Positions 61,014 through 64,000 of a stretch of 64,000 nucleotides of DNA are shown here, piece after piece. The stretch comes from Nitrospirota bacterium (GTDB lineage: Bacteria > Nitrospirota > Thermodesulfovibrionia > Thermodesulfovibrionales > Dissulfurispiraceae): NCBI GenBank assembly GCA_963710375.1, contig CAVPZX010000005.1, positions 224,001 to 288,000 on the forward strand, in the 5' to 3' direction. Every line of letters begins with the position of its first letter. The stretch's first letter is position 1. Under the pieces are notes generated by a model that searched no databases, had not been told where the DNA came from, and was given only the letters and a program-made list of their open reading frames with translations. The position numbers and the translations under genes were made by a program.

Positions 61014-62150
61014 ATGAAAATTCTCTCATGTAGAGTATGCGGGCATAAGTTTTTCGAGGAACCCTTGCTGCGATACGGGAATATGCCAAAGGCAGCTCAA
61101 TTTCTGCCGGACGCTGAGTCGCTTGAACGAGATAAAGGAGTTGATCTGGAAGTTTGCCAGTGTTCAGGTTGCGGTTTGGTGCAGTTAAGCAATGAGCCGG
61201 TCCCTTATTACAAGGAGGTTATACGCGCCGCAGCTTTTTCAGAGGAAATGAAGGATTTCCGGATGAAGCAATTCGGCAGCTTTGTGCAAAAGTATTCCCT
61301 CAAAGGAAAGAAAATCATTGAGATCGGCTGCGGGCGTGGAGAATATCTGTCTCTTATGTGTCAATTCGGCGCAGACGCATATGGGTTGGAGCATTCGGAA
61401 GAATCGGTGAAACAGTGTGTTAAAAACGGGTTGAAGGTTTCGAAGGGATTTATAGAAAGCAATACATATAAGCTGGACGATGCCCCATTTGATGCCTTTT
61501 TTATATTAAATTTTCTTGAACACCTGCCCGACCTGAATTCAACTTTAACCGGAATATATAATAATTTGTCGGATGATGCCATAGGCCTTGTCGAGGTGCC
61601 GAATTTTGACATGATTTTGCGAAACAACCTTTTCTCTGAATTCATACCCGACCATCTGTTTTATTTCACTGGGGAAACTCTAAATACAACATTGCGGCTC
61701 AACGGTTTTGAAGTTATCGATTGTAAAGAGGTTTGGCATGATTACATAATTTCTGCTATAGTAAAAAAACGGCAAAAGACAGACATATCTCTTTTTTATG
61801 AATACCAGGCACAACTTAAAAATGAAATCGAAGAATATATCTGTCGTTTTAAGGACAAAAAGGTGGCAATATGGGGTGCCGGACATCAGGCACTTGCAGT
61901 TATTTCTTTGATAAATTTGGCCGATAAAATTAGGTATGTTGTTGATTCAGCTCCATTTAAACAGGACAAATATACACCGGCCACACACCTTCCCATAGTT
62001 TCACCTGACGCCCTTGATTCGGATCCGGTAGAGGCAGTTATTGTTATGGCGGCCAGTTACTCGGATGAAGTTGCAAGGATTATACGACAGAAGTTTACTG
62101 GAAATCTAAATGTTGCTATATTGAGAGATTTTGGGTTGGAAGTCGTTTAA
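61014..62150 (+). CDS. SAM-dependent methyltransferase, NDP-sugar C-methyltransferase-like
   Basis: CRVC...CSGC Zn motif, EIGCGRG, LEH, HLFYF, WGAGH and VDSAPFKQDKYTP. Confidence 0.82.
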   Translation: MKILSCRVCGHKFFEEPLLRYGNMPKAAQFLPDAESLERDKGVDLEVCQCSGCGLVQLSNEPVPYYKEVIRAAAFSEEMKDFRMKQFGSFVQKYSLKGKKIIEIGCGRGEYLSLMCQFGADAYGLEHSEESVKQCVKNGLKVSKGFIESNTYKLDDAPFDAFFILNFLEHLPDLNSTLTGIYNNLSDDAIGLVEVPNFDMILRNNLFSEFIPDHLFYFTGETLNTTLRLNGFEVIDCKEVWHDYIISAIVKKRQKTDISLFYEYQAQLKNEIEEYICRFKDKKVAIWGAGHQALAVISLINLADKIRYVVDSAPFKQDKYTPATHLPIVSPDALDSDPVEAVIVMAASYSDEVARIIRQKFTGNLNVAILRDFGLEVV

Positions 62151-62177
62151 GTATCGCACTGTACGGGGGCTTCAATA

Positions 62178-63837
62178 ATGGATAAAATTTTGTTTATAGT
62201 TCCGCCGCATATTCAATTTGATGATTTCATCAATCCTTCTTACAATGCAAGAACAGTAATAAAGAAATACGGTAACTATGGAAGCGTGCTTACAGACATG
62301 CCTTTAGGAGTAATGGCTTTGAGTGCGTATGTGAAAAAGCATTCTGCGGCAGAAATTAAGCTTGTAGATTTTAACATTGTCTTGAATAAATTGGAGGGTT
62401 TTGAATTCAGTTCTTTTGCGGAGTTTTTCCGTGACTTTCTTTCAGCGCCTGAGTTGGTGGTGGATTATGCCCCAAGTATAATAAGCATATCCACATTATT
62501 TACGCCGTCTTATAAGAATATGCTGGATATCGCTCAGTGCTGCCGCGGCATATTCCCCAATGCTGTTATAGTTGCGGGCGGAGGTGTTCCGACAAATATG
62601 TATAACGAAATATTCAGAGACAGACTCATGTTTTGACGCTCTCTGCTATGGAGAGGGAGAAAAGCCATTGTTAGGCCTTGTGGAAGCCGATGATAAATTT
62701 CGCTACCTTGAAGAAAACCCTTCATGGATTACGAGGAAAAAAATTGAAAGCGGGCAGTCATTCCAGCACGATTTTATTGAAAACCTTGATGAGATACCTT
62801 CTTATGATTATGGCATTTGCGAAACAGATGAATATGGATTAAACCCGGCTATAACGGCTTACGCGGCTATCGACGAGAAAAAGCAGAACTTCCATGTAAT
62901 GACGTCCAGAGGTTGTACCCACCATTGTTGTTTTTGTGCATCACATACGGTCCACGGAAGAAAAATGCGCTATTACAGCATCAGCCGTGTCAGAGAAGAT
63001 TTTAAACGCCTCAGAGATCAGTACGGGGCAAAAACGATTGTTGTCCAAGACGATCATTTCATGGCGGACAAACAAAGAGCCCTGGAAATCATTCAGATAA
63101 TAAAGGAATTACAATTAATCGCCGTTTTTCAAAATTCACTGGCTTTATATGCTCTTGACAGAAAGGTGCTTGAGGCTTTGAAAAACGCCGGGGTCAATCA
63201 ACTACTTTTATCTGTAGAGTCGGGAAGCAACAGAGTTTTAAAGGAAATAATGCACAAGCCTCTCAATCTTTCCATAGTAAAACGCGTAGCCGACGATTGC
63301 CGTGATCTTGGAATATATACGAATGTGAACATATTAATCGGACTGCCCGGTGAAACTAAGCAGGATATTGAGGACACGAGATCTTTTTTAAAAACCATTA
63401 ACGGAAACTGGTTCTTGATTTTTTGCGCCAATCCTCTTGTCGGCAGTGAAATGTTCGATATATGCCGCAAGAAGAATTATCTTAAAGGTAGTTATGTCGG
63501 CAGCGATTATAAAAAAGCAGTTGTCGAAACTGAGGATTTTACCGCTGAATACATACAGGAAATGGCATACATCTTAAATCTGGAGCTTAATTTTGTTGAG
63601 AACAGTGATTTCCGTTTGGGCGATTACAAAACGGCGCTGAAAGGTTTTGAGAATGCAATAAGAGCTAAAAGTGACCATGCCCTGGCATATTACTATGCCT
63701 CAAAAAGCTACGAAAAACTCGGTGATATGGAAAAAGCGCGGCAATACATGGATAAGGCAAAGATAGCGGCAGAAACGCCTTTCTGGCGTAAGTATGTGGA
63801 TATGTTTAATGTCCCCATTTACCAAGGAGATAAATAG
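62178..63837 (+). pseudogene. Cobalamin-dependent radical SAM protein with C-terminal TPR, split by a frameshift near 62620
   Basis: PLGVMAL...GGGVPT in ORF1. GEGE, SRGCTHHCCFC, VESGS, GLPGET and a TPR-like tail in ORF2. Confidence 0.8.
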
Positions 63838-63838
63838 T

Positions 63839-64000
63839 ATGTTAACGCAGCAAGGTCAATTATCATCAAGCGAAACTGAAAAGAGGAACACTCTTAAAAA
63901 AGAGAAGCCTTATGTTTACGAAAAAATCATGAAATATGATGAAAAAGTAAAAAGGGGAGAGAGCATAGCCATCCTTCAATTTCAATATGATTATACCTGT
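63839..64000 (+). CDS. 5' part of a probable radical SAM protein (runs off the window)
   Basis: AAGGAG RBS and ATG 63839. The frame is open to the end: MLTQQG...IAILQFQYDYTC, possibly the first Cys of CxxxCxxC. Confidence 0.5.
   Translation, partial: MLTQQGQLSSSETEKRNTLKKEKPYVYEKIMKYDEKVKRGESIAILQFQYDYTC

Overview
The whole 64 kb is the interior of one very large bacterial surface-glycan biosynthesis locus. About 55 genes are present, all on the + strand, and both ends are truncated. It starts with a legionaminic-acid-type pathway (LegB/LegC-like, NeuB, NeuC, CBS-nucleotidyltransferase, NeuA). It also carries three NeuB paralogues, three cytidylyltransferases, four DegT aminotransferases, eight radical-SAM genes plus a probable ninth cut by the window edge, methyl/formyl/acetyl transferases, a Maf-like protein, an ABC exporter and GT2/GT4/GT-C-like transferases. 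Two Phd/PIN toxin-antitoxin modules are embedded, one with an internally deleted toxin. The most unusual signal lies at 43.8-58.9 kb. Two divergent four-helix-bundle (23S rRNA IVS protein/Avd-like) genes are each embedded in arrays of their own heptanucleotide repeat (GGACTGA for one, GCA(A/T/G)AG(A/G/C) for the other). The architecture is the same each time: a purine-rich forward array, the gene, a forward array, then a reverse-complement array just before the next gene. A truncated copy of one element, orphan arrays, repeat-derived stop/start codons and in-frame repeat insertions in enzymes suggest a spreading protein-plus-cognate-repeat system. Its function is inference only. At least five genes are split by single frameshifts, which may be sequencing errors. 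No rRNA, tRNA, CRISPR, transposase or reverse transcriptase was recognised. All product calls come from motif recognition by eye, not database searches.
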